Source of the DNA: an uncultured bacterium
Lineage (GTDB): Bacteria > Cyanobacteriota > Cyanobacteriia > Cyanobacteriales > Xenococcaceae
Length of the DNA: 64,000 nt
Assembly: GCA_964562685.1 (NCBI GenBank)
Contig: CAZLUP010000003.1
Coordinates: 31,586 to 95,585, forward strand
Reading direction: 5' to 3'
Shown: positions 50,268 through 59,590 of the stretch, piece after piece
How positions within the stretch are numbered: position 1 is the stretch's first letter
Layout of the letters: every line of letters begins with the position of its first letter
Made by a program: the position numbers and the translations under genes
Notes under the pieces: generated by a model
What the model was told of the DNA's origin: nothing
The model's database searches: none
Seen by the model: the letters and a program-made list of their open reading frames with translations, nothing else

Positions 50268-50809
50268 AAAAATACCTCGGCTGTTTGTAAAGGTTGGGCT
50301 GCTTGGTCTTTTGCCGAAAGAATAGGAGTAGTTTGTAGAGGCCAATCAATGTTGAGAGTGGGGTCATTCCAAAGAATCGCTCTTTCGTATTCAGGGGCAT
50401 AGTAGTCAGTAGTTTTATAGAGAAAATCTGCTGTTTCAGACAAAACCAAAAAACCATGAGCAAATCCTGGAGGAACCCAAAATAATCTTTTATTTTCTGC
50501 ACTCAAGAGGCAACTTACCCACTCTCCAAAGGTAGGAGAATTTTTTCTGATATCAACTGCCACATCAAACACCTCTCCAATGACTACTCGGACTAATTTG
50601 CCTTGAGGCTGTTGAATTTGATAGTGTAATCCTCTGAGAACGTTTTTAGCAGAGCGAGAGTGATTATCTTGAACAAATTTCGCGTTAATACCTGTTTTTT
50701 GAGCAAAAGTTTTCTCGTTGTAACTTTCTAGGAAAAAACCGCGATCGTCACCAAACACTTGTGGTTCGATAATGATAACTTCAGGGATTTTAGTGCTAAT
50801 TACCTTCAT
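50264..50809 (-). CDS. rfbC: dTDP-4-dehydrorhamnose 3,5-epimerase
   Basis: Cupin motifs FGDDRGFF, RGLHYQ and GFAHGF. Confidence 0.9.
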   Translation of the reverse strand: MKVISTKIPEVIIIEPQVFGDDRGFFLESYNEKTFAQKTGINAKFVQDNHSRSAKNVLRGLHYQIQQPQGKLVRVVIGEVFDVAVDIRKNSPTFGEWVSCLLSAENKRLFWVPPGFAHGFLVLSETADFLYKTTDYYAPEYERAILWNDPTLNIDWPLQTTPILSAKDQAAQPLQTAEVFL

Positions 50810-51027
50810 GATTTACTTGAGTACTATTTTAAAAATTAGAACTTACAGAAGTGAAGATTTAGATGGTTTAATGGTTAAAGTGAGGGTATGTCCCCACCAC
50901 TGACTTTTTAAGTAACCCATGTTAGCAAAATATAATTAATCGAAAATTTAAATCAATTAATAGTTAACAAACAAGTCTAAACTTAAGTTTATAATTGCGA
51001 AGTAGTTGATAACTCAATAACTAGATC

Positions 51028-52008
51028 ATGCGTGCTTTTGTCACAGGAGGGACTGGTTTTATTGGGTCTAATTTAGTGCGACTATTGCTACAACAAGGAT
51101 ATGAAGTAAAAGTTTTAGTACGTTCTAGCAGTCGCTTGGATAATTTAGACTCTTTAAACATCGAAACCGTTGCAGGAGATTTAAACGATTCTAATTTATC
51201 TCAACAGATGCAAGGATGCCAGGTGTTATTTCACGTGGCTGCCCATTATTCTTTGTGGCAAACCAGTAAAAAACAATTGTATCAAGATAATGTTTTAGGT
51301 ACGCGTAATATTTTGCAAGCAGCCCGTCAAGCAGGTATTGAGCGTGTTGTTTATACAAGTTCGGTTGCAGCCATTGGTGTAAGAAAAAATGGTATACCAG
51401 TTACTGAAGCTTATCAAAGTCCTGTCAATCAATTGGTAGGTGATTATAAAAAATCAAAATATTATGCTGAACAAGAAGCTGTTAAAGCATTTAAATTAGG
51501 TCAAGATCTAGTAATTGTTAATCCTAGTACTCCGATTGGTGCATGGGATCTTAAACCTACTCCCACTGGAGAGATGATTGTGCGTTTTTTGCGCCGAAAA
51601 ATGCCTTTTTATGTCGATACTGGTTTGAATATTATTGATGTTAAGGATGTAGCTTGGGGACATTTATTAGCTTTAGAAAAAGGTAGTTCAGGCGATCGCT
51701 ATATTTTGGGTAATCAAAATATTACTCTCAAAGCATTATTAGAAAAACTTTCAGTTATTACAGGTTTACCAGCACCTCAAAGAACTATTCCCTATTGGAT
51801 ACCTTATACTGTTGCTTGGCTTGATGAACGAGTTTTAAGTTTGTTTGGCAAAAAACCATCGATTCCTTTAGATGGTGTACGAATGTCGAGGCAAAAAATG
51901 TATTACTATGCAACTAAAGCCATCACAGAGTTGGGTTTACCTCAATCTTCTATTGATGCAGCTTTAGAAGATGCTGTCAATTGGTTTTCTAGCAAGAGCG
52001 ATCACTAG
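51028..52008 (+). CDS. NAD-dependent sugar epimerase/dehydratase (HpnA / dihydroflavonol-reductase-like SDR)
   Basis: FVTGGTGFIGSNLV and YKKSKYYAE (YxxxK) motifs. Confidence 0.75.
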   Translation: MRAFVTGGTGFIGSNLVRLLLQQGYEVKVLVRSSSRLDNLDSLNIETVAGDLNDSNLSQQMQGCQVLFHVAAHYSLWQTSKKQLYQDNVLGTRNILQAARQAGIERVVYTSSVAAIGVRKNGIPVTEAYQSPVNQLVGDYKKSKYYAEQEAVKAFKLGQDLVIVNPSTPIGAWDLKPTPTGEMIVRFLRRKMPFYVDTGLNIIDVKDVAWGHLLALEKGSSGDRYILGNQNITLKALLEKLSVITGLPAPQRTIPYWIPYTVAWLDERVLSLFGKKPSIPLDGVRMSRQKMYYYATKAITELGLPQSSIDAALEDAVNWFSSKSDH

Positions 52009-52053
52009 TATTTGATTTTATAGCAGTCGAAGCAAAGATTAAGACGATCTTTG

Positions 52054-52074
52054 TTCCCTATTCCCTATTCACTT
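52054..52074. repeat. heptamer tandem repeat TTCCCTA (STRR-like)
   Basis: The units are ttcccta, ttcccta, ttcactt. Confidence 0.6.
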
Positions 52075-52123
52075 CAAACTGATATCTAGTGTCCGCGCCC
52101 TATAGTTTGGTTGCTATAAATCA

Positions 52124-54193
52124 TTAATCAGCGTGTTCTGATTGATTCGCTGGATTACTATGATTATCCTGGTTAAACAAATTTCTCAGTTTTTGGAAAA
52201 AATTATCAGAAGAATTGGTTGTGGATTTATTTTGAACCCAAGCTAAATACTGCTTCATTTCTGCAATAGTATCACTATCTATTTGTTGAGTAGGCAAATT
52301 ACTTTCTAGTTGTTTGATAGGACTATCTGCTCTTAAACGAAAATCATAATTTTCTGAATCAACAAAATAGGGTTCTCTCCAGTGATAATTTATTTCCCTA
52401 GTATAATTTCCCCAATTACTAAGATTAGTCATATTAGTTCTTTGGAAATCTACGCCAAAAGTTTTTCTCAAAGGAGCCCAATAATAATTTCCTCTACCTA
52501 TATATTCCTGTTTAAGAAATTGTTGATACAGTTGTGGATTTCCAGTTTTTTGAACGATTAAAGCTTGTTCTTTCTGATTGGCAACAATCAAATTATTCTG
52601 GAATCTAGTTAAACCCAAGTTAATTGGTATTTCTTGACCCTGATTCTGTCCTAAAATTTGACCCAGACTATCAGTATAGGTACGAGAACTTGCCGAAGTA
52701 AATTGAACAGAATCTCCTCCATTAACTGCACAAATAATTGAATTTGATAAGACAATGTTATGAGCATTTTCAACTAAAAAATTGACTTCTTGGTCGTCAG
52801 CTAATAGTGAATTACGAACTATAAAAGGACCTGGGGAAATTTCTAAAGCTAAACCGCGAATATTGTGAAGTGCAATGAGTCGATCAATCGTAATATTGCG
52901 ATTACCAATATCAAACCATAATCCTACCGTCATATTTCCAATCGTACGATGATTGCGAAATACACCATTCCAAGTATTATGAATTTTTGCTCCTGCTAAT
53001 GCCCATTGCAGCATTCCACCTTGATGCCCACGCCAGTTATTAAAGCTAGTTTCATTGTTATTCCAAACAGTGTTGAGAAGGGTATGAGCATCTACGCCCA
53101 TAAAACCGTTATAGTTAAACTTATTATTCCGTAAAGTAACATTTTGCTGATGAAGTAAACTTAAACCTCTGCCATTATTCCAACTAAAATTGCAGTTTTC
53201 GATCAGAATATTTTTACCCCGAAACTCATTATTACCGTACCAAGGACCAAACATAACTGCTGCTCCTGAAATTTCAATTTCATTAGTACTGTGCTGAAAA
53301 TTTAATCGACGCAATACCACATTTTCCATGTGGAAAAATCGCAACAGAAATCTTTTGGTGGAAACTTCTACTTCTGCTTGAGAAAAATTGGTTCCTTCTG
53401 GAGGACAAAGATAAATTTTATTGCCATTTTTATCTAATTCAGCTACCCCAAAAGTTCCTGGTTGAAGAGCATTGTAGGGTTGTTCATAACCAAGATAGCT
53501 ATAAGAACCTTTACCCTGATAATCATTAGGTGTAGTGTAACTATATTTTTCTAGTAAAACTTGTTTTAAGGGTTGTCCGTTAACAAACACCATTTCACTA
53601 CGATGAGCTATAACATCTGGAGGATTGTATTTCCCCCAGGCACCGCCATTATTACCAAAATCATAAAACCAGTCTTTTTCGTAATAAACAATTCCATTCC
53701 TTTGAATTGTTTTCCAACTAGAAGGATGCCATGTTTCAGCACCACTAATGACTACTTCTTTATTTACACCTTCAATAACCAAAACTGCATCTTTAGCTTG
53801 AGGAGTTAATTGTTCTCCATCAATGACTAATTCTCCTTCCTGATACACGCCAGGATAAAGAATAATTTTAGTTCCTTCTCCTCTATTTAAATATTGTTTG
53901 GCTTTTTCAAGGGCTGCACTTAGAGATTTTAAAGGCTGAGTTGAAGAGGCTGAATTATGATCTGAAGTGTTAGGAGCGTTGATATTAACATAAATAGTTT
54001 GAGTAATTGTATTCTCATCGATTTGAGCAGCAGTAATATTTTGAGCAGTGAGATTAGTAATTTTTAATAATTCTTCTCCTTGATAATTACTATTAACTGA
54101 ATTTTTTTGAAAAGCTCCAATCCCAACCGCAGTTGCTAACCCCAAACTCAACTTAAAAGTTTGTCTTCTCGTCAGCAATCTCTTGTGAAACAT
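52124..54193 (-). CDS. Tat-signal right-handed parallel beta-helix repeat protein (candidate secreted polysaccharide-active enzyme)
   Basis: N-terminal LLTRRQTFKLSLGLATAVGIGAF twin-arginine signal. Repeated N-rich turns (NVTLRNNKFNYNG, NCNFSWNNGRG) typical of pectate-lyase-fold repeats. Confidence 0.6.
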   Translation of the reverse strand: MFHKRLLTRRQTFKLSLGLATAVGIGAFQKNSVNSNYQGEELLKITNLTAQNITAAQIDENTITQTIYVNINAPNTSDHNSASSTQPLKSLSAALEKAKQYLNRGEGTKIILYPGVYQEGELVIDGEQLTPQAKDAVLVIEGVNKEVVISGAETWHPSSWKTIQRNGIVYYEKDWFYDFGNNGGAWGKYNPPDVIAHRSEMVFVNGQPLKQVLLEKYSYTTPNDYQGKGSYSYLGYEQPYNALQPGTFGVAELDKNGNKIYLCPPEGTNFSQAEVEVSTKRFLLRFFHMENVVLRRLNFQHSTNEIEISGAAVMFGPWYGNNEFRGKNILIENCNFSWNNGRGLSLLHQQNVTLRNNKFNYNGFMGVDAHTLLNTVWNNNETSFNNWRGHQGGMLQWALAGAKIHNTWNGVFRNHRTIGNMTVGLWFDIGNRNITIDRLIALHNIRGLALEISPGPFIVRNSLLADDQEVNFLVENAHNIVLSNSIICAVNGGDSVQFTSASSRTYTDSLGQILGQNQGQEIPINLGLTRFQNNLIVANQKEQALIVQKTGNPQLYQQFLKQEYIGRGNYYWAPLRKTFGVDFQRTNMTNLSNWGNYTREINYHWREPYFVDSENYDFRLRADSPIKQLESNLPTQQIDSDTIAEMKQYLAWVQNKSTTNSSDNFFQKLRNLFNQDNHSNPANQSEHAD

Positions 54194-54350
54194 ATAGAAA
54201 GTTTAAATTTATTGGCAAATTAAATATTAATTATTTAAGAGCTAATTATCTCTAAATCTTATAAAAATATGGATAAATCTCAAATTAAAGGTTTAAAGCA
54301 GTCATTTCAGTTAAGTACCTATGCATAATTAATTGTGCATTTATTATTAC

Positions 54351-54378
54351 TAGGGAATAGAGAACAGGCAATAGGGAA
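54351..54378. repeat. heptamer tandem repeat TAGGGAA (complement of TTCCCTA)
   Basis: The units are tagggaa, tagagaa, caggcaa, tagggaa. Confidence 0.55.
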
Positions 54379-54423
54379 TATCTAAGATAAATTGCTAGTA
54401 AGTATACAAATAATTTTGCCGAC

Positions 54424-54472
54424 CTACTTACCAGTTACCAGTTACCAGTTACCAGTTACCATCAATCATCAA
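54424..54472. repeat. heptamer tandem repeat CCAGTTA x4 plus degenerate flanking units
   Basis: The units are ctactta, ccagtta x4, ccatcaa, tcatcaa. Confidence 0.75.
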
Positions 54473-54500
54473 TAGAAAAATACTACTAACCGATAACTCC

Positions 54501-54530
54501 ATCTGCGTTTATCCGTGTTTATCTGTGGAC
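54501..54530. repeat. short dispersed repeat, inverted partner of 14627-14657
   Basis: The sequence is ATCTGCGTTTATCCGTGTTTATCTGTGGAC. Confidence 0.7.
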
Positions 54531-54602
54531 GAATTTTTAGTTGCTGTTTTTTTAGGGAAAATACTAGGATATCTCTGTAACATTTTTTCTTACAAGAACT
54601 TC

Positions 54603-55283
54603 ATGAAACAAAAAATCTCTAACTGGCAACCAAAACAACTTTTTTTTCATACAGGAAAGCAACATTTTAGTCGTATTCGCCTCTTAATTTGGTTGAATCT
54701 TTTAGCTATAACTATTCTTAGCAGTCTTAGTATTTATGCCAAACTAAGAAGTAAAGGACAAGGAGTTGAAAATTTATTTAGCGATCCTTTTACAATTGAT
54801 ACTTACTACTGGGGTTGGTTAACCAGTATTTCAGAAATTCTTTGGTGTAGTGCGATCGCAGTGTGTTTATTTACTAGTACTTTATCTGCTCAACTCAATC
54901 GTCGTTATCAAGTTTTTTTATTAGTTAGTTCTTTATTAATGACTTTATTATATGTTGACGATCGCTTTCGTCTTACTTTAATTTTGACTGTATTTTTTGG
55001 TAGTTATCTTAAAGTTAAAACTGTAGTTTATTCTTTATATGGTGCAATTTTAATTTTATATGGTCGTTTATTTTGGCAAAAAATTAAGCTTACACCTTAT
55101 TTTCCTTTACTAATTGCTTTCTTTTTATTTGCTTTTTCAACAGCTATCGATCTTACACCAGTTTCTAGTCCTGGAGCTCATGCCATGCTTGAAGATGGCA
55201 CGAAACTCCTTGGTTTGATTAATCTGACTTCGTATTTTTGGTACGTTTGTCGCTCAGAAATTACTCACTATTTAAAACCCTAA
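54603..55283 (+). CDS. integral membrane protein (unknown function)
   Basis: Multiple TM segments. The track start (GTG at 54525) lies inside the dispersed repeat, so I prefer the ATG at 54603 (MKQKISNW). Confidence 0.5.
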   Translation: MKQKISNWQPKQLFFHTGKQHFSRIRLLIWLNLLAITILSSLSIYAKLRSKGQGVENLFSDPFTIDTYYWGWLTSISEILWCSAIAVCLFTSTLSAQLNRRYQVFLLVSSLLMTLLYVDDRFRLTLILTVFFGSYLKVKTVVYSLYGAILILYGRLFWQKIKLTPYFPLLIAFFLFAFSTAIDLTPVSSPGAHAMLEDGTKLLGLINLTSYFWYVCRSEITHYLKP

Positions 55284-55301
55284 CTTTTCTACAAAATTAG
55301 C

Positions 55302-55805
55302 TTAAACCAAAGTACAACTGCTGCGATAAAACCAGCGCAATAAAATACTACCGATGATTAGTTTGCTAATTTCTAGTACCCAATAAATTCCATGCATGAG
55401 TGTCATCGTAGACATATCTTGTGAGATAGGATTGGTTACACCTAAAGATAATCCCAAGCTACTCATTTCTGGAGTCAAAATATAGGTATAAACTAGGGGA
55501 ATAGCTAGTAAAATTGTCCCTAAAACTAATGACCAAATTTCCTGGCGATGGGGAAAATTATGTTGATGACGAAATACTAAACAACCAGTTAAAGCTGTTG
55601 CAGCAGCTAATAATTCTAGGCGGTTAAAAGTCCCAAAAATCAGATAACCGGCACTAGCAAATCCTGGTTGAGTCATCATCCCTGCTGCCAACAAACCAGG
55701 AATAACTAGACAATCCAACAGCAAACTACTACTCAGCCAAAATCCTAAGACAAAAAGAATAATAGTAGACCAGTTAATTGGGTTACGAACGGAAATACTA
55801 TTCAT
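55302..55805 (-). CDS. integral membrane protein (4-5 TM, unknown function)
   Basis: Hydrophobic segments throughout. No catalytic motif recognised. Confidence 0.5.
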   Translation of the reverse strand: MNSISVRNPINWSTIILFVLGFWLSSSLLLDCLVIPGLLAAGMMTQPGFASAGYLIFGTFNRLELLAAATALTGCLVFRHQHNFPHRQEIWSLVLGTILLAIPLVYTYILTPEMSSLGLSLGVTNPISQDMSTMTLMHGIYWVLEISKLIIGSILLRWFYRSSCTLV

Positions 55806-55884
55806 AATATATTTTATGATTGCTCTACTATTTTCAGCTTAACCGATAGTTTCTGAGCAAAACATGACAAAAGATAAAGTATTT

Positions 55885-56523
55885 TTAAGCTTCATATTGT
55901 TGACGTTGGGATATGTCGAGGTCACCTCGACATATAGAACCAACGTGTTGAATTTCTTTAATAGAAAATAGAGCTTTAAATTCAATACCTTGAGACTGAT
56001 ACAACTCTGCGCCTCCTTGCTCTCTGTCTACTAAGGCAATAATTTGAGTTACTCGATAACCGCACGCGGTTAGACGTTCTACTGCTTGTAGTGCAGATTT
56101 ACCAGTAGTGACTACATCTTCTAAAACTACTACTCTTGCACCTGGAGTTAAATTAGGACCTTCAATATAAGCTTTAGTTCCGTGTCCTTTTGGTTCTTTA
56201 CGAATAATTAAGGCAGGAATGGGTTGATTAGAATAGGCAGAAACTATACTAACAGCACTGACAATGGGATCTGCACCTAGAGTTAAACCTGCTACGGCAT
56301 CGGTATCTTGTGGCAAAAGAGCAAAGAGTAAACGACCAATAACTAAAGCTCCTTCTGCTCTTAAAGTTACTTGTTTACCATTGATATAGTAACTACTTTT
56401 TGCTCCCGAAGATAGGACAAAATCACCTTCGACATAAGCATATTTAACTAATAACTCCAAGAGAATTTGACGAAGTTGGGCGGAATTTGCTGTAGTTAAT
56501 TCAGACAAGATAGTTTGATTCAT
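55885..56523 (-). CDS. pyrE: orotate phosphoribosyltransferase
   Basis: PRPP-binding motif VVVLEDVVTTGKS and KEPKGHG loop. Confidence 0.85.
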   Translation of the reverse strand: MNQTILSELTTANSAQLRQILLELLVKYAYVEGDFVLSSGAKSSYYINGKQVTLRAEGALVIGRLLFALLPQDTDAVAGLTLGADPIVSAVSIVSAYSNQPIPALIIRKEPKGHGTKAYIEGPNLTPGARVVVLEDVVTTGKSALQAVERLTACGYRVTQIIALVDREQGGAELYQSQGIEFKALFSIKEIQHVGSICRGDLDISQRQQYEA

Positions 56524-56609
56524 TATTGATCAAAAAAATTTATTGCAATACTGTTGGTTCGATAAATCTTCAGTTAGGATTGAGCAGAAGTTACCGAGGA
56601 TAATGCACA

Positions 56610-56966
56610 ATGTCCATTAAGTTTACAGTAGTTGGTCAAATTTTGTTAACAACTGCGGTTGCTAGTTTATTTAATGTTAAAGTAATGGCACAGTCTGAGT
56701 TTGCAGAAACTTTTGAAGAAGCTTATTTTACTAAATCTGGAGATGCTTTCGAGAGCGATGATTGGAGTAGACAATTAAATACTATTTTTGGTTTTAATCG
56801 TTTTCCAGAATTACAGATTGCTACTGAAGGAGAGTTAGTTAATACTATTTATCATGATGGTCTAAAACAGCAAGCTGGTAGTGCTGCTTTAATTAGAACG
56901 AGAGATTTAAACAATCCTTTTAATACTTCTTTAGGAGAAAATCCTAATTATAGTTTTGGCGAATAA
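56610..56966 (+). CDS. small secreted hypothetical protein
   Basis: Signal-peptide-like N-terminus ending VMAQSE. Confidence 0.4.
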   Translation: MSIKFTVVGQILLTTAVASLFNVKVMAQSEFAETFEEAYFTKSGDAFESDDWSRQLNTIFGFNRFPELQIATEGELVNTIYHDGLKQQAGSAALIRTRDLNNPFNTSLGENPNYSFGE

Positions 56967-57036
56967 ATAATTACAGTTTTTGACTATGATTAAGTAATCA
57001 GCTTTGATTAATTATTGTTAATTTTAGCGATTTTGA

Positions 57037-57109
57037 TCCAGGGTGCAGGAGTTGAACCTGCCTAGCACGAATTATGAGTTCGTTGCCTAAACCGCTCGGC
57101 CAACCCTGG
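57037..57109 (-). tRNA. tRNA with CAT anticodon (elongator Met or lysidine-modified Ile2)
   Basis: Hand-folded cloverleaf. Acceptor CCAGGGT/ACCCTGG, anticodon stem ACGAA/TTCGT with loop CTCATAA, T-arm GCAGG TTCAACT CCTGC, discriminator A. CCA is not encoded. Confidence 0.8.
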
Positions 57110-57198
57110 TAGTTTACTTTTCCCTATAATTTATCATCAATTTAGCATTATATTAGTAAATTTAGGAAATTTAGTTATCTTAACTCAAAAGCGATCGC

Positions 57199-57882
57199 AT
57201 GAAAACCAAATCCACAGTAATACTCATCTTGACTTTATTTGTCATGATGTTGGCTGCTGGTAGTACCAGTGCTTTTATTAGCTATCTGATGGGACAACAA
57301 GCACTGAGAGTGGTGACGCAACCAGAAGTAAAAACAGACAATAAATTAAGAAAAAAACCTTTAACAGGTCCTCATAAAGGATTACAGTTAGTTGATGAAA
57401 AGGCAGTTTTGGTTGAAGTTTATAACTTAATTCATACAGAAGACGATTCAGCCAGTCAGAATGAACAATCGCAATTACCAAAATCTAATCATTTAGTTAC
57501 TCATACCATCCAAGAAGAATTAGAATCAAACTCTACTATCTTGCCGATTAAAAATAGTTCCCAAGGAGTTACTTTAGAATTAGTCACCGCTAAAACTGAT
57601 GGTAGCTCTTTTTTACTAGATTTAAACTTAAAAAATGAAGGTTCTGAGACGATACGTTTTCTCTACAGTTTTATTGATGTCAGAGATGAACAAGGAAAAG
57701 TAATTAGTGCAATTCCTGAAGGTTTACCAGGAGAATTACCTGCTAACGGTCAAAATTTTCGTGGCAGCTTGAAAATTCCTTTAGCTTTACTAGACCAGAG
57801 CAACCATATTTCCCTTACTTTAACCGATTATCCCGATCAAAAACTAGAACTTAAATTAACGGAAATTCCAGTGGCAAGATAG
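57199..57882 (+). CDS. membrane-anchored hypothetical protein with beta-rich C-terminal domain
   Basis: N-terminal TM segment (VILILTLFVMMLAAG). The C-terminal region LDLNLKNEGSETIRFLYSFIDVRDEQGKV looks Ig-like. Confidence 0.45.
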   Translation: MKTKSTVILILTLFVMMLAAGSTSAFISYLMGQQALRVVTQPEVKTDNKLRKKPLTGPHKGLQLVDEKAVLVEVYNLIHTEDDSASQNEQSQLPKSNHLVTHTIQEELESNSTILPIKNSSQGVTLELVTAKTDGSSFLLDLNLKNEGSETIRFLYSFIDVRDEQGKVISAIPEGLPGELPANGQNFRGSLKIPLALLDQSNHISLTLTDYPDQKLELKLTEIPVAR

Positions 57883-57967
57883 CTACGATCAGTTTAAAAA
57901 AATAATGGTATGAGTTGACCCAAGGTAAGCAAATACCAAATTATAGTTTATCTTTTTTAGTTAATTA

Positions 57968-59383
57968 ATGACTGGTCGACAGTTTTTTCCTCTTTTATCT
58001 ATATTTGTGTTGATTGCTATTAATGCTTTTTTTGTTACGGCAGAATTTTCGATTGTCTCTGTTCGGCGTAGTCGCATCAGCCAGTTAGTTAAAGCAGGCG
58101 ATCTGCAAGCACAAACTGTTCAATCTTTGCAAAGAAGTATTGATCGTCTTTTATCTACTACTCAGTTAGGAATTACTCTTTCTAGTCTAGCTTTGGGTTG
58201 GATTGGTGAAGAAGTGATGGCAGGTTTTGTCATTCAAACCATTGCTAAATTACCCTTACCAACAATGGTAACAGACGCGATCGCTCATTCTTTGGCAATT
58301 CCCATTTCTTTTTTTACTCTAGTTTATTTACAAATAGTTTTGGGAGAACTTTGTCCCAAATCAGTTGCACTAATTTATTCAGAACAATTAGCTAAGTTTT
58401 TTGGTCCTCCAAGTCTGGTAATCGCAAGAATTTTTCGTCCTTTTATTTGGATTTTAAATCAATCAACTCGTTTATTACTAAGGTTAGCAGGAATTGAATA
58501 TACCGGTCAGGGATGGTACAACCAAGTAACTTCAGAAGAATTACAACTGATGATTGCCACCGAAAGAGAATCGATTGGTTTAGAAGCAGAGGAACGAGAG
58601 TTACTAAATAATGTTTTTGAATTTGGGGAAGTTACGGCAATAGAAGTGATGATTCCCCGCACTAGAATCGAATTTTTACCTATAAATGCTACTTTTGCCG
58701 AATTACTACTCAAAGTTGCCGATACGGAATTTTCTCGTTATCCGATTATTGGCGAATCTTTAGACGATATTCAAGGTATTATCGATTATAAGGATTTGGC
58801 TGCTCCTTTAGCAGAAGGAAAATTACTCAATGACTCTTCAATTCAACCTTGGGTAAAACCAGTGCGCTTCATTGCTGAATCTACTCCTTTAAATGAATTG
58901 TTACCCTTAATGCAGCGATCGCAACAAAAAATGGTGATTGTGGTTGATGATTTTGGTGGTACGTCAGGATTAGTAACTCTTCAAAACTTAATTGCAGAAA
59001 TTATTGGTGATAGTAATGATTCCACGGAAATCGAAACAGAATCAATGCAAATGCTTGATGAGCAAACTTTTATAGTTCCTGCTCAAATGAATTTAGAAGA
59101 AGTTAATGAATTATTGGGATTAGACTTGCCTTTAGGAGAAGATTATTACACACTAGGAGGATTTTTACTCGATCAATGGCAAAAAATCCCTACCTTAGGA
59201 GAAACCTTACAATATCAAAATTTAGATTTTACTGTTACCAAAGTAGAAGAAAATCGGCTCTATTTGGTACAAATTTATCGTCATGAATCTTCTAACGAAG
59301 TAGACAACTATCACGAGCATAATGGCAACCAAAGCAACCCCATTGATGAAAATGGTTTATCTTCTAATTTTATTGATGATTAA
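57968..59383 (+). CDS. CNNM/DUF21-CBS-CorC_HlyC family transporter (hemolysin-family protein)
   Basis: N-terminal 4-TM DUF21 (NAFFVTAEFSIVSVRRSRI), a central CBS pair and a C-terminal CorC-type domain (LGGFLLDQWQKIPTLGETL). Confidence 0.8.
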   Translation: MTGRQFFPLLSIFVLIAINAFFVTAEFSIVSVRRSRISQLVKAGDLQAQTVQSLQRSIDRLLSTTQLGITLSSLALGWIGEEVMAGFVIQTIAKLPLPTMVTDAIAHSLAIPISFFTLVYLQIVLGELCPKSVALIYSEQLAKFFGPPSLVIARIFRPFIWILNQSTRLLLRLAGIEYTGQGWYNQVTSEELQLMIATERESIGLEAEERELLNNVFEFGEVTAIEVMIPRTRIEFLPINATFAELLLKVADTEFSRYPIIGESLDDIQGIIDYKDLAAPLAEGKLLNDSSIQPWVKPVRFIAESTPLNELLPLMQRSQQKMVIVVDDFGGTSGLVTLQNLIAEIIGDSNDSTEIETESMQMLDEQTFIVPAQMNLEEVNELLGLDLPLGEDYYTLGGFLLDQWQKIPTLGETLQYQNLDFTVTKVEENRLYLVQIYRHESSNEVDNYHEHNGNQSNPIDENGLSSNFIDD

Positions 59384-59590
59384 AAATAATTAAAATAGAG
59401 CTTTTTAAGTTATCTAGCAAAAACTAAAGAGAAATAGCATCGTCTAATTTAAGCAAGTAATTAACAATAGTTAAAAAAAAATTATCTCGATTACTGTCAA
59501 ACGAAAAAAGAGAGTTTATAATTAGATGGAACTATATTGAAAATAAATAAAAGCTAGTAATAATAGTTAAAAACTTGTTTTTAGTTATGT

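Noticed and set aside
48419-50502. Seven short ORFs overlapping rfbA, rfbD and rfbC: 48419-48616, 48804-49001, 49081-49278, 49140-49352, 49926-50159, 50211-50402 and 50260-50502.
   Set aside because: All lie within or antisense to confidently identified rfb genes. The N-terminal 26 codons of the track rfbD ORF (50268-50345) were also rejected, because they overlap rfbC and precede the Rossmann-fold start MSKIVLTG.
27727-50809. Interpretation of the cluster as a standard Wzy- or ABC-dependent O-antigen/EPS locus.
   Set aside because: No polytopic Wzx/Wzy-like, Wzc/Wza-like, KpsM/T-like or WbaP/WecA-like ORF is present in the window. This remains possible if such genes lie elsewhere in the genome, so it is kept as the alternative hypothesis rather than the call.
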